47,877 nt of DNA from Candidatus Woesearchaeota archaeon (GCA_018303045.1 JAGVYX010000035.1:1-47877), one strand, 5' to 3'. Numbered from the stretch's first letter, positions 28,647 through 38,892 are shown. Numbers and translations: made by a program. Notes: generated by a model from the sequence alone, not told the origin.

Positions 28647-28728
28647 GGTAGTGTTAATATCTGACTGATTCCTTAGTTAGTTATAATCTTAAATAAATAG
28701 TTTTTATCAGTCAAAGGATTACACTATC
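28647..28728 (+). mobile_element. MITE family B (82 bp), copy 3
   Basis: TIR GGTAGTGTTAAT / ATTACACTATC; perfect 8-bp TSD AATTATTT. Confidence 0.92.
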
Positions 28729-28730
28729 AA

Positions 28731-30077
28731 TTATTTCCTATACGTTGTAACCTCCTCTGAAGTTAACAATCCTAATTTTTCCAAATATCGGAAGGCCGCT
28801 TTAAACTCCGGTTCCCGGCAGCTTGAAGAAATATCTTTTCTGCTAAAATAAGCCGCCCGATGGGAAAAGAACTCCTTAACTACCGCATCTGTTCCTTCGG
28901 GCAGAAAAGTTGTTTCTGGATGCCCCAGATAAGCGCGCCAGCCATTAAAACTCCTTATCTCCAGATCAGTAAAGTTGCCGGATGCGGAAATTGCTGACAG
29001 AACTCGCTCCGGCCACCTTTCTTCAGCATGAATCTGAGAAAGGTGATTTATAATTAAAGGCGCGTTTTTCTGATGCGCGGCATGTTCATAAACGTGCTGA
29101 GTCCGTTCTCTTGCGCCAAGAAAGATTGCCGGAATAAGTTTCTTGGACTTATTTACCGCAAAAGACAGAACCTCTCGATAATTGTTATCTTTAAATACAT
29201 TCATTGGCCTGGTTGTTCTGCTGTCCAACGGCAAGTCATGTTCCGGATAGATTAAAAAAACATTGCCTGGAACTAATTCTAAATAAGCTGGAGCAGTAAA
29301 CAAACGAGCGTCATTTTGCGGCTCAAAAAAATACCAGTTCTCAGGGTTATTAAATTCTCTCACGGAAGTGAAACTAAGAGGGGTATCGGCCAGCCACACT
29401 GCCGCTACAGAATGCGGCCGGGGGCGTTTTCTGGATTCAGTTCCGTCAGCATTTATTTCAATCATTTCCGGCCGGATAATTTCTACTTCACGCGCTGGAA
29501 GAAAAAATTTTCTTGGAACCAAAGGAATATCGTAACGGCTGTGTTCTGGCGTGTAAGACAACTTTTCGCCGGCGCGGCCGTAAGCCCACATAAACTTTCT
29601 GGTAAAATGGCGGCAGGTCATGGGGTTGTCTTCATCAATGCTTTCCACCCGGTCAGCAATGCATTTTCTAAATTCCGAATCATCAATTCCTTTAAAATTC
29701 TCAACACGACAGGGCTTATAATCCGGATCAGCAGGATCATCATAAAGATAATGTTCCTTATCGGTCATGTCCTGGGAAATAATCAGGCTGGTAAACCTCT
29801 CGCGCGCCGCTTTAGTCTTCAGCGCCGGCCAGATTTTTCGATGTTTCGGCCAGAGGCTTACCGCTCCGGCATACTTTTCCTTATCTACTGTCGCTGAATT
29901 AAGTATGCTGGATAGTTCGCGCTCTTCTGCTGGATCAAAGACATATTCCGGCGAGCGGCAGGCAGATGACCGGCAGCCGGCGCCAATCAAACTAACCACT
30001 GAAGCCACAAACTCTCTCCGTCCAAGAGTCGGACTAGCGGAAATTTTCTCCAGCTTCTGAATGATCTTCTCCAGCAT
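28731..30077 (-). CDS. Hypothetical Tat-lipoprotein-like protein
   Basis: LGRREFVASVVSLIGAGC; no catalytic family recognised. Confidence 0.75.
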   Translation of the reverse strand: MLEKIIQKLEKISASPTLGRREFVASVVSLIGAGCRSSACRSPEYVFDPAEERELSSILNSATVDKEKYAGAVSLWPKHRKIWPALKTKAARERFTSLIISQDMTDKEHYLYDDPADPDYKPCRVENFKGIDDSEFRKCIADRVESIDEDNPMTCRHFTRKFMWAYGRAGEKLSYTPEHSRYDIPLVPRKFFLPAREVEIIRPEMIEINADGTESRKRPRPHSVAAVWLADTPLSFTSVREFNNPENWYFFEPQNDARLFTAPAYLELVPGNVFLIYPEHDLPLDSRTTRPMNVFKDNNYREVLSFAVNKSKKLIPAIFLGARERTQHVYEHAAHQKNAPLIINHLSQIHAEERWPERVLSAISASGNFTDLEIRSFNGWRAYLGHPETTFLPEGTDAVVKEFFSHRAAYFSRKDISSSCREPEFKAAFRYLEKLGLLTSEEVTTYRK

Positions 30078-30161
30078 TTAGGGCAAGAAGTAAATAGATT
30101 ATTTAAGATTTATTTAAGTGTTAAGTAAAATTTCTAACTATCCGGCCGCCGCCATAATCTA

Positions 30162-30261
30162 AATACATTATTCAAATACAAAGAATGATACATTATCCGA
30201 ATACTAAAAATAATACATTATCCAAATACAAAGAATAATACATTATCCAAATACTAAAAAT
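30162..30261. repeat. 4 x 25-bp tandem repeat with A-B-A-B higher-order pattern
   Basis: AATACATTATCCAAATAC followed alternately by AAAGAAT and TAAAAAT. Confidence 0.92.
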
Positions 30262-30264
30262 AAT

Positions 30265-31230
30265 TCATCTTCTGGATTTCAACAGCGTCTTGGGATCTCT
30301 GGCTCTTACATAAACTAATTTATTCGAGTGCAGGTTCTGTTGATTATCTGAACAGCGCCCTTCGTAATTAAAAAGCTGGCTGCAGACATCTAAACCGTAA
30401 ATTGTATCCACCCGGCCGTATTGCGTTGGGAAAAAAGCCTGATCCTCCAGGCACTGATTAAATCTGCGGGAAACGGAAACTTTAGAATCTCCTCTTTTAA
30501 CCTGATAAAAAAAATCAGACCCGGCAGTTTTAAAATCACTCTTGCAGGACTCAACCCTTGATCTTAATTCTGGATTAGAATCTACCCCTTTTTCGTAATC
30601 TTTAATTTCCGCTTCCTCTCTTTCCTTCTGCAATTTTTGTTCATGAGCAGATTCTACTGCATAAGCCCCATTAAGCAAAACGCTAATCTGTTCTGAGCTT
30701 AATTCAGTCTCTTTAAGAACATCCATTAAATTGAAATCAGGATAACCGTCAAAAAATCCACCGCTTCCCAGAAATTTAGCCGCATAGACTATCTCCACGC
30801 CTTCCCCTCCATCAACTAACTGGTTATCATGCATTACTCTTAACTTGATATAACCTGGGCATTCCAGCTGAATCAATGAATCAGGCACTCCTTGGTTATT
30901 AGACGTATAATGCGCGGATTGCTTTCTGGAATCAATAGCTTCCAAAATTAAATCCCCATATCTAAGCTTATCTCCGGTGTTCATGCTTCCGAACAAATTA
31001 TCTAACTTTCCATTTTTAGTCAGGTACCCAGAGTTTAACCTAATCTCTTTAGAATCGGACCTTTCTTTAGATTCAGACGCTGCCGGCTCCGGATCGCACC
31101 AAAGGTGTTTAGCAGTTAAACGGTCAAAAGCAGTATTAGGGTAGAATAACTGATAGATTGCGGCAAGACCCATGCCAATAGCTCCCCAAGTTGGCGCTTT
31201 TTCAGTTAATTTGGCGGTTAGATTTACCAT
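30265..31230 (-). CDS. Membrane-anchored hypothetical protein with possible degenerate LysM
   Basis: N-terminal TM; YQVKRGDSKVSVSRRF...NNLH-like QNLHSNKLVYV. Confidence 0.7.
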   Translation of the reverse strand: MVNLTAKLTEKAPTWGAIGMGLAAIYQLFYPNTAFDRLTAKHLWCDPEPAASESKERSDSKEIRLNSGYLTKNGKLDNLFGSMNTGDKLRYGDLILEAIDSRKQSAHYTSNNQGVPDSLIQLECPGYIKLRVMHDNQLVDGGEGVEIVYAAKFLGSGGFFDGYPDFNLMDVLKETELSSEQISVLLNGAYAVESAHEQKLQKEREEAEIKDYEKGVDSNPELRSRVESCKSDFKTAGSDFFYQVKRGDSKVSVSRRFNQCLEDQAFFPTQYGRVDTIYGLDVCSQLFNYEGRCSDNQQNLHSNKLVYVRARDPKTLLKSRR

Positions 31231-31288
31231 GATGTGTTCGGGAATTAACCGCTAATTTATAAACATTCCTGCTGGTTACGGCTGCTGG

Positions 31289-32257
31289 TTACCGTCCTTC
31301 AGGAAATACATTAAATAGCATCTGAAACTCCCTAATAAATCTCTGGGCAATTTCTTCATCATGAATAATCAGCATATTTTCATCATTTCTTTTATCGCCG
31401 CCGTTGGTGGGGTTAAAAGAACCGGTTATTACTGTTTGGCCATCAATGATAAATACTTTGTGATGCATATTATGGGGATTCAAATCTTTGATTACCTCAA
31501 CACCATTATTCTTCAAGCGTTCAAATTGGGAATACTCGCTGATTTGTCTCGTTTCCATAACACCTTTAACTGGAATTTCATCTAAATTCTTTATTAATAG
31601 AACATCGGCAATTTCTTCGCTGGTGAACGAAAAAGCCATAAAGTAAATAGATTCTTCAGCTGTTTTTAACTCTTCAACAACCTGCTGAATACAATGGTCA
31701 TCAGGGCAGAAATAATTCTCGATTTTAATGCCGGATAAAGTTATCTCTGGATCTTTAACGGCAGTTCCTTTCTTAAAAATTCCCCGCCATAATTCCTGGA
31801 ATTCATCTTCATAATTTTCTGCTAAATACTGTGATTGAATGAGCAGCAAATTATTATTGTTTTTATAAGCATCATTAAAGGTTGGATTCATTGATCCGGT
31901 GGAAACTTTCTCCCCGTCAATGATGCAAAACTTATTGTGCATTAAACCGGACTTATCAGCTTTAACAAAGGATTTAGGAAATTGTTTATAGTAATCATCA
32001 TCGGTTACAATCTTAACTTCCATTGTTTTAGCCTTCTCTAACAGCTTTTCTTTTAATGATTCCAATTCTACTTCGAATAGAGCGCAATGAATAGATTCCT
32101 GCGCTGAATCTAAGAAAGCAATAAATTGCTGTTCGCAATTATCCTGAGGACAAAAATAAAGATCAATCGTTCCTTCTTCTATGGGATCATTATCTTCAGA
32201 AACCAGAAAACCAGCTACGATTAATACTGCCAGAAAACAAAATAAGATTATTTTCAT
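31289..32257 (-). CDS. Phospholipase D/nuclease family protein with two HKD motifs
   Basis: MHNKFCIIDG...TGSMN and MHHKVFIIDG...TGSFN; N-terminal anchor. Confidence 0.95.
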   Translation of the reverse strand: MKIILFCFLAVLIVAGFLVSEDNDPIEEGTIDLYFCPQDNCEQQFIAFLDSAQESIHCALFEVELESLKEKLLEKAKTMEVKIVTDDDYYKQFPKSFVKADKSGLMHNKFCIIDGEKVSTGSMNPTFNDAYKNNNNLLLIQSQYLAENYEDEFQELWRGIFKKGTAVKDPEITLSGIKIENYFCPDDHCIQQVVEELKTAEESIYFMAFSFTSEEIADVLLIKNLDEIPVKGVMETRQISEYSQFERLKNNGVEVIKDLNPHNMHHKVFIIDGQTVITGSFNPTNGGDKRNDENMLIIHDEEIAQRFIREFQMLFNVFPEGR

Positions 32258-32580
32258 GATTTATCTTTCGGAGCAAGTTCTTGAATTGTTTCTTCTAACT
32301 TGGAAAATCGGCCTTTAGCCCAAAAATCCAGTTGAGCTTCCCGTAAAGCATTTTTATATCTTAGGTTTTCTTTAAGATGAACAATTACTAAGGCTCCAAT
32401 GCTGACTATAGCCCCTGGAATGCTGTCATAATAAATGCTTAAACCGGAACCAATAATGCCGCCTGCTGACAATAAGCCATCAACCAGAGAATCATTCCCC
32501 CGGCAGTTGCAGTAAGCATCCAAGATATATTTACTGGAAGAAGCTTTAACTGGCGCTTCAGGCAGTTGTTCTGTTCCCAT
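32254..32580 (-). CDS. Small membrane protein
   Basis: Two hydrophobic segments; ATGA overlap with the PLD gene. Confidence 0.7.
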   Translation of the reverse strand: MGTEQLPEAPVKASSSKYILDAYCNCRGNDSLVDGLLSAGGIIGSGLSIYYDSIPGAIVSIGALVIVHLKENLRYKNALREAQLDFWAKGRFSKLEETIQELAPKDKS

Positions 32581-32712
32581 CGGCTAAAGAATGATAGGCC
32601 TAATTTAAAAAGATTGTTTAACTAAAAACAAAAAAAGAATGTATCTTGGGTTAATGATTAAAAGTTGAAAAAAACCAAAAATATATAATCTTTTTTCAGT
32701 TAATAAGCAAAT

Positions 32713-33039
32713 ATGAACCCAAAACTGAATAAAACGATCGTTGTTCTTCATATAAGCGCGGCGATTTATCTGGTGCTAAGTATTGCATCATTAACCGTCT
32801 CACCCAAATACCTTCCTTTTTTAGCGCCCTATATTGCTCTATTTATTGGTATGGGCGTATTTGTAGAAATCGTAATTAAGGGATTAAAAGATAATAAATA
32901 TTGGGCTTGGATTGCCGGTCTGGTGGTTTGTGGTCTTTATATCCCAAGCATCTTCATTGTTTGTGGAATAATTGGATTAATCGGATTATTAAATAAAGAA
33001 GTAAGAACAGATTTTGTTAAAAACAAAAAAAAAAATTAA
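32713..33039 (+). CDS. Small multi-TM membrane protein
   Basis: 3-4 hydrophobic helices. Confidence 0.75.
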   Translation: MNPKLNKTIVVLHISAAIYLVLSIASLTVSPKYLPFLAPYIALFIGMGVFVEIVIKGLKDNKYWAWIAGLVVCGLYIPSIFIVCGIIGLIGLLNKEVRTDFVKNKKKN

Positions 33040-33548
33040 CTTCTTAACCCGCGTCCTTTCTTGCCAGCCGAAGTTTTCCCATGGAATACTCTGCTCCAAT
33101 TCTTTCTGGTTTGCAGCCAGGCTAAATTCCGATCCGCTTTAATCACCGGATGATCTGGATCAACTAGAATGACTTCGAACCAGCGATACATTCCATCCTC
33201 AGCTACCCAGTAAGAATTAAGCACGACCAGATTTTTATAACTTTTCTGCGCTCTTTCTTCAGCGATCCATTGGTAATTCTTATCCAGATTTAATCTAGTT
33301 CCAAAACGCTTAGACCTTCGGCCGCCTTTAATTTGTTCCCTTCTGTGCCCGCCGCGAAGAACCCGCTGCCGGACAATGACAAATCCTTGTTTAGCTTTAT
33401 ATCCTAACGATCTAGCCCGATCAATCCTGGTGGGCTTATCAACTCTTACAGTAGAATTTTCTTTGCGCCACTGCAGCAGGCGCTCCCGCCATAATTCATT
33501 TTGCCGCGGGTTTTTCCACAACTTCCGCACATACTTGTATAAACTCAT
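33036..33548 (-). CDS. rpl15e: 50S ribosomal protein L15e
   Basis: [33 protein letters not shown]. Confidence 0.98.
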   Translation of the reverse strand: MSLYKYVRKLWKNPRQNELWRERLLQWRKENSTVRVDKPTRIDRARSLGYKAKQGFVIVRQRVLRGGHRREQIKGGRRSKRFGTRLNLDKNYQWIAEERAQKSYKNLVVLNSYWVAEDGMYRWFEVILVDPDHPVIKADRNLAWLQTRKNWSRVFHGKTSAGKKGRGLRS

Positions 33549-33720
33549 GTTAAAGCCTCCCTTCTCTTAAACTTTCAAGGATTCAGGCAAGCAAATACCC
33601 ACATCTCCTTATTTTGGTAGAATAAGATCATATTTAAAAAGATATTGGAAGAAAAATGTCAAAAAAATCGCCCGCCATTGGAGAAAAAATCATATTTTAA
33701 TAATGGCCTTTAGGAAAGAC

Positions 33721-34113
33721 TTACTTTTCAAACTTAGACGAATCATCTTTATGCTTCAATCTAAATTTCCTAGCATTTTTCTCATTAACAAAACGATATA
33801 ACTTGCCATTAATTTCCGCTTCCACCACTTCATCCTCATCCATTAATGGCTCGCCCGTCAAGGCATCTTTGCCTAACTGCCCCCCATCGCTAGCGCCTTC
33901 GGCAAATCCTTCCTCCCATGGTTCAATTTCATCATCTTCCGCCAAAGTTTTGCGGCCTTCTTCAGTTAAGGGATCTACTTCATGCTGGCCCTGCCTGATT
34001 TCCTGCAATAATTTTTCCTCAGTCTCCGATTTGCCGATGCCTTGTTCTTCTTCAGGGTAAAGATCTCGTCCAGATAAATCTTCTTCAGGAATAACTTTCT
34101 TCTTTCGTCCCAT
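33721..34113 (-). CDS. Acidic protein with C-terminal TRASH/YHS-like segment
   Basis: DALTGEPL...EINGKLYRFVNEKNARKF. Confidence 0.75.
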   Translation of the reverse strand: MGRKKKVIPEEDLSGRDLYPEEEQGIGKSETEEKLLQEIRQGQHEVDPLTEEGRKTLAEDDEIEPWEEGFAEGASDGGQLGKDALTGEPLMDEDEVVEAEINGKLYRFVNEKNARKFRLKHKDDSSKFEK

Positions 34114-34219
34114 AACTTAATTAACTGTTCGCAAGTTTAAAAAGATTGCTATCATGGATATGGGATTGCTATCATAGATATAGAAATGTATAAAAAATCC
34201 GGGTGTTTTTCTAATAAAT

Positions 34220-34343
34220 CAGAGCCGCCGTTAAATTACGAGCGATTAATCGCTTTATACTGCGTATGCGGGAAGGGATGGTTCCTACGGAAGGGTACCG
34301 CATTAGTCCTAACTTAGCACAAAGCGAGTCTAACGCGGCTCTG
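34220..34343. ncRNA. Unrecognised structured element, copy B
   Basis: Closing helix CAGAGCCGC(C)GTTA/TAACGCGGCTCTG; core shared with 18528..18708. Confidence 0.65.
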
Positions 34344-34391
34344 AAAAAGAATTATTAGAAAAACTCAAAAATCTGAAGCAAGTTATAAATT

Positions 34392-35144
34392 ATGAGCCTA
34401 AGCTCAGTGTTATGGTCGGAATTTAAGTTTGTTGCAGCTCAAATAAAAAATATTCCGTTATTGCTGGAAAGCCGGGAAGCGCTGATTCCTAGGAAGGAAG
34501 CTAAAGGCGTTTCCATCTACCACGGTTTTGCCGCCAACAATTTTTATTTTCATGACCTTATCAACCGGTTAGAGCAGGAAGGATACTCTGTTCGCGCTCC
34601 CAATTATCGCACTTGGCTAAATATGAATGAAATAGTAAATAAACAGGCCCAGGCTCTAGAACAGATTGTCCAGAGTTCTCAGCAAAAAGAAAGCCTAATT
34701 GGCCACAGCCAGGGCGGTTTAATTGCCGTGCGCTTGGCTCAGTTATATCCAGAATTAGTGGATACAGTCATTTCTCTAGGCGCGCCATTTCAAGGAACTA
34801 GAATGGTTAGGCTAGTTTCTTTCTGCGCTGCTGGCCAGCAGATGCTGCCCGGAAGCGATTTTCTGGAACAAATGGCTGAAACGCCTTTGCCGGCCAATGT
34901 TGTTTTTTATAATATCTACAGCCTTAACGATCATTTAATAATCCCGGCTAAAAATTCTTTGCTCTACAGCGATCTAGCCAGACTTAAGAGAACAGAAGCT
35001 TATAGAACAGAAGCTTATAGAACAGAAGCTTATGATAGGATGCAGGTATACAATTGTCCAGCGCCAGAAGAGATTGGCCACTCCAGATTAATTACTTTGC
35101 ATGAAATGATGATAAAAATGTTAAAACAAACACCGGAACTCTAA
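34392..35144 (+). CDS. Alpha/beta hydrolase (lipase/esterase)
   Basis: YHGF, GHSQGG nucleophile elbow, SLGAPFQGT, D (NDHLI) and H (IGHS). Confidence 0.9.
   Translation: MSLSSVLWSEFKFVAAQIKNIPLLLESREALIPRKEAKGVSIYHGFAANNFYFHDLINRLEQEGYSVRAPNYRTWLNMNEIVNKQAQALEQIVQSSQQKESLIGHSQGGLIAVRLAQLYPELVDTVISLGAPFQGTRMVRLVSFCAAGQQMLPGSDFLEQMAETPLPANVVFYNIYSLNDHLIIPAKNSLLYSDLARLKRTEAYRTEAYRTEAYDRMQVYNCPAPEEIGHSRLITLHEMMIKMLKQTPEL
34989..35033 (+). repeat. 3 x 15-bp in-frame repeat (RTEAY)
   Basis: AGAACAGAAGCTTAT x3, perfect. Confidence 0.95.
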
Positions 35145-35145
35145 A

Positions 35146-35742
35146 TTACAAATAAATTCTCATTAACACGATCACCGTCCCAGCAATTAAGGGCACCACC
35201 AAATTATCATCTAATGTATTTCTGTTAAAATCTATTTGTATAACTTCAGCTGCCATCGCCGCAAAACTGGCTAAAAAAGCTTCCGTAGGCGAAACAAAAA
35301 AGATCGCTCCGCAAAATCCAGCGATTATTCCCGCCAACGTGCCTTCAAACAGTTTTCGGCTCTTTCCATTAAAGATATTTTTCAATCGGCCAATTCCGCT
35401 GCCTACCAAGTGGCTAACCGAATCACCAAAAGTAAGAATCATAATTGCCGCATAAGCGATATCCGGTTCAAACAATTTTATGGAAAGCAAAACTCCCATA
35501 AAAAAGAAAATCAAGCCTTTGCCAGGGAATGTTTTTTTAACTTCCTCCCGTTCCAGATGGTTAAGAAAAAAGCTAAACCCAGGCAGCCAGATTCTCTTGC
35601 TTAAAATACTGGCCAGGATGCCCAGAATGATTAACAAAAATAGGGCAAAAGATGATAGAATCTGATAATAAATTAAGGCTAAAGTTATTACGCCAATAAG
35701 AATATGCAGGAATTTGCGGCAGGCTTCGGCTTTGGTTAACAT
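35146..35742 (-). CDS. Dolichol/phytol kinase-like CTP-dependent membrane kinase
   Basis: RKFLHI, FGDSVSHLVG, KLFEGT, DDNLVVP. Confidence 0.88.
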   Translation of the reverse strand: MLTKAEACRKFLHILIGVITLALIYYQILSSFALFLLIILGILASILSKRIWLPGFSFFLNHLEREEVKKTFPGKGLIFFFMGVLLSIKLFEPDIAYAAIMILTFGDSVSHLVGSGIGRLKNIFNGKSRKLFEGTLAGIIAGFCGAIFFVSPTEAFLASFAAMAAEVIQIDFNRNTLDDNLVVPLIAGTVIVLMRIYL

Positions 35743-35749
35743 TTGGATT

Positions 35750-35843
35750 TATACCAAAGGACATAAATTTTCGTAAAAATTTAAGCCCTTTGTATATACA
35801 AAAGGCACAAAATTCTGTTCGGAATTTTGAGTCTTTTGGTATA
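35750..35843 (-). mobile_element. MITE family C copy 2
   Basis: Ends identical to 17721..17830; different middle. Confidence 0.85.
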
Positions 35844-35969
35844 ATGTTTTATAGTTATTTAAATGAATTATGAAAGAGAATTTACTAGCCACCACCCACT
35901 AGACAAACCCACCTAGAATTTATAAAGAACCAAGCAGAATCATGGTTTAGAAAACACACTATCTAGACT

Positions 35970-38837
35970 ATGATCTCTTATTTAAAAGAACCGTATACAG
36001 AACTGCAAATTAAATCTATTTTGCATCCGATTGTTAATAGTTGGTTTTTTAAAAAATTCAAGGCATTTACGCCAGCCCAGCAGTTTGCTGTTTATCCCAT
36101 TCATTGCCGCAAAAACATTTTAATTTCTTCACCTACAGGGTCAGGAAAAACGTTAACCGGCTTTCTCTCCATACTTAATGAATTGATTGATTCAGCGGAA
36201 AAAGGCATTTTAGAAGATAAAGTATATTGCGTGTACGTTTCTCCCTTAAAGGCTCTCGGAGCTGACATTTTTGTTAATTTGCAGCAGCCCTTGCGAGAAA
36301 TGGAAGAGCTGGCCCAGAAAACGTGGGGCATTCGCATTGCCACCAGAACTGGCGACACCACTGCTTACGAAAAATCCAAGATGCTGAAAAACACGCCGCA
36401 TATCCTCATCACTACGCCGGAATCATTAGCTATAGTCATTAATTCTCCCAAATTTAAAGAAAAACTAACCACCGCGCAGTGGCTGATTATTGATGAGATT
36501 CATTCTTTAGCGGAAAATAAGCGCGGAGTGCATTTATCGTTAACTATGGAGCGATTGCAATTATTGTCTCCTGGAATTACCCGCATCGGCTTGTCAGCTA
36601 CCATCGCTCCATTAGATGAAATTGCCCGTTATTTGGTTGGATACCAGGCTGATCTGGAGCGCGACTGTTCCATCGTTGATGCGCAATTAGCCAAACAACT
36701 GGATCTGCAAGTGATTAGTCCGGTTCGTTCTTTGGTAGAGACTGAATATCTGCTAAAACATAACCGGATGTATGAAATAATTCATAACTTAATTCAGGAG
36801 CATAAGACCACTTTGTTATTCACCAATACCAGAAGCGCTACTGAAAGAGTCGTTCATAATTTAAAAGAGATCTATCCGGCTTTTTATAATGATAACAATA
36901 TTGCCGCCCATCACAGCAGTTTAGGCAAGCAAGCCCGGTTTAAAACCGAACAGGAATTGCGCGAGGGAAAATTAAAAGTAGTAGTTTCTTCGACGAGCTT
37001 GGAGCTGGGAATAGATATCGGATTTATTGATCTGGTCATTTGTTTAGGATCGCCTAAATCGGTGGCCAGGTTTTTACAACGCTCTGGGAGATCTGGGCAT
37101 CAATTGCATTCTACCGTTAAATCCAGAATTATCGTCATGGACCGCGACGATTTGCTGGAATGCTCCCTGCTGCTTAAGTCGGCTATTGAAAAGAAAATTG
37201 ACCGCGTGCATATCCCGAAAAATGCCTTAGACGTATTAGCCCAGCACATCTATGGCATTGCCATTAACGGGGTAATTAATATTTATCAGTTATTTCAATT
37301 AGTTAAATCCAGTTATTGCTACCATGACCTGGAATGGGATGATTTCTTTGAATTAATTAAATTCCTCGCCGGAGAATATGTCAGTCTGGAGGAACGCCAC
37401 GTCTATGCCAGGATTTGGTATGATCCGGAAACCGGCCAGATCGGCAAGAAAGGAAAAATGGCCAGAATTATCTACATGACCAATATCGGGACGATTCCTG
37501 AAGAAACTTACATTACCGTAAAAGTAGGAGAACAGGTTGTGGGCATGATCGAGGAAGGTTTCCTGGAAAAACTGAAGCCCGGCGATATTTTCGTTCTGGG
37601 CGGCAATGTTTACCAGTTCAAATTTTCGCGGGGCATGACTGCCCAGGTAAGCAGTTCAGTGAGCCGGCCGCCAACTGTGCCTTCCTGGTTCTCAGAAATG
37701 CTGCCTTTGTCCTTTGATTTGGCTATGGAAATCTCCCGATTTAGAAGATTAATGGAAGAAAGATTTTTGCAAAAGGCTTCTAAAGAAAAAATTAAGGAAT
37801 TTATCCATACTTTCTTATATGCTGATGAAAACTCCGCCGAAAGCATCTACCAGTTTTTCTATGAGCAATTTCATTTCAGCCAGATTCCTTCCGATAAAAA
37901 AATCGTAATTGAATCTTATAAAGATAAAGAGCGGACATATACTATTTTCCATACTCTGTATGGGCGAAGAGTTAATGACTGCCTCTCCCGGGCTCTGGCT
38001 TTTGTTATTGGCCGATCGCAGCATCGGGATGTGGAAATGGGAATTAACGACAATGGATTTTATTTATCAGCCGAAAAGCCGGTCAATGCTTCCCGAGCGC
38101 TGGAACAGCTGCAAACAGAAAACCTTCGGCAGGCGTTGGAAGAAGCCATCGAACGCAGCGAAGTTCTGCAAAGAAGATTCCGCCATTGCGCTGCCCGATC
38201 ACTAATGATTTTACGAACGTACATGGGCAGGATTAAGCAGGCCGGAAGAATGCAGATTGGCAGCAAAATTCTTTATAATGCCGTTAAGAGAATCAGCAAT
38301 CAGTTTCCTATTTTGAAAGAAGCCAGGCGGGAAGTATTGGAAGATGTCATGGATTACCAGCATACTAAGGAAATTATCAGCAAAATTGCTGACAAAAAAA
38401 TAACTGTTTCTGAAGTAAAAACAGGAACGCCCAGCCCATTCGCTTTCGGCTTAATCGCTTCCGGCTACAGCGATGTGATTAAGGTTGAAGATAAGCAGGA
38501 ATTTTTGCGAAGAATGCACCAGCAGGTGCTGGCTAAAATAGCGCTTAAGCAGGGAAAACAGAAATCTAGAGATGAACAACAATTTTCCTATCAGGATTAC
38601 TGGGAGCAAGTTCAGCAGAGGCAAGAACAGGAGAAAGATGATAAAACAGAATTGCTTAAAATGCAGGTATGGAATCTAAAACAAGTTCCAGCGTATGTTA
38701 AAGAAGAATTGATTAAGCTGGTTAACGGCGATAAAATCCGGGAAGATGTTAAAAAAGAATTAACGAAACATCTTGAAGATATAAAAAAAGAATGGCCGAA
38801 GGAGTTGAAGGAAGGGGTATTAATAGAATTAGAGTAA
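35970..38837 (+). CDS. lhr: Lhr-family ATP-dependent helicase
   Basis: SPTGSGKT, SPLKAL, TTPES, DEIH, SLELGIDIG, QRSGRSGH, GTIP. Confidence 0.96.
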   Translation: MISYLKEPYTELQIKSILHPIVNSWFFKKFKAFTPAQQFAVYPIHCRKNILISSPTGSGKTLTGFLSILNELIDSAEKGILEDKVYCVYVSPLKALGADIFVNLQQPLREMEELAQKTWGIRIATRTGDTTAYEKSKMLKNTPHILITTPESLAIVINSPKFKEKLTTAQWLIIDEIHSLAENKRGVHLSLTMERLQLLSPGITRIGLSATIAPLDEIARYLVGYQADLERDCSIVDAQLAKQLDLQVISPVRSLVETEYLLKHNRMYEIIHNLIQEHKTTLLFTNTRSATERVVHNLKEIYPAFYNDNNIAAHHSSLGKQARFKTEQELREGKLKVVVSSTSLELGIDIGFIDLVICLGSPKSVARFLQRSGRSGHQLHSTVKSRIIVMDRDDLLECSLLLKSAIEKKIDRVHIPKNALDVLAQHIYGIAINGVINIYQLFQLVKSSYCYHDLEWDDFFELIKFLAGEYVSLEERHVYARIWYDPETGQIGKKGKMARIIYMTNIGTIPEETYITVKVGEQVVGMIEEGFLEKLKPGDIFVLGGNVYQFKFSRGMTAQVSSSVSRPPTVPSWFSEMLPLSFDLAMEISRFRRLMEERFLQKASKEKIKEFIHTFLYADENSAESIYQFFYEQFHFSQIPSDKKIVIESYKDKERTYTIFHTLYGRRVNDCLSRALAFVIGRSQHRDVEMGINDNGFYLSAEKPVNASRALEQLQTENLRQALEEAIERSEVLQRRFRHCAARSLMILRTYMGRIKQAGRMQIGSKILYNAVKRISNQFPILKEARREVLEDVMDYQHTKEIISKIADKKITVSEVKTGTPSPFAFGLIASGYSDVIKVEDKQEFLRRMHQQVLAKIALKQGKQKSRDEQQFSYQDYWEQVQQRQEQEKDDKTELLKMQVWNLKQVPAYVKEELIKLVNGDKIREDVKKELTKHLEDIKKEWPKELKEGVLIELE

Positions 38838-38892
38838 CTCTTAAGTAGTTACTTCAGAAAGATTTATAAATAAACCCCTCTGTTGAATAAAA

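Noticed and set aside
25328..28728. Composite transposon bounded by two MITE B copies
   Set aside because: Each copy has its own distinct TSD, so they inserted independently
29316..29897. 193-aa plus-strand ORF
   Set aside because: Antisense shadow of the 448-aa gene, with non-protein-like composition
30162..30261. CRISPR array
   Set aside because: No unique spacers; simple tandem repeat
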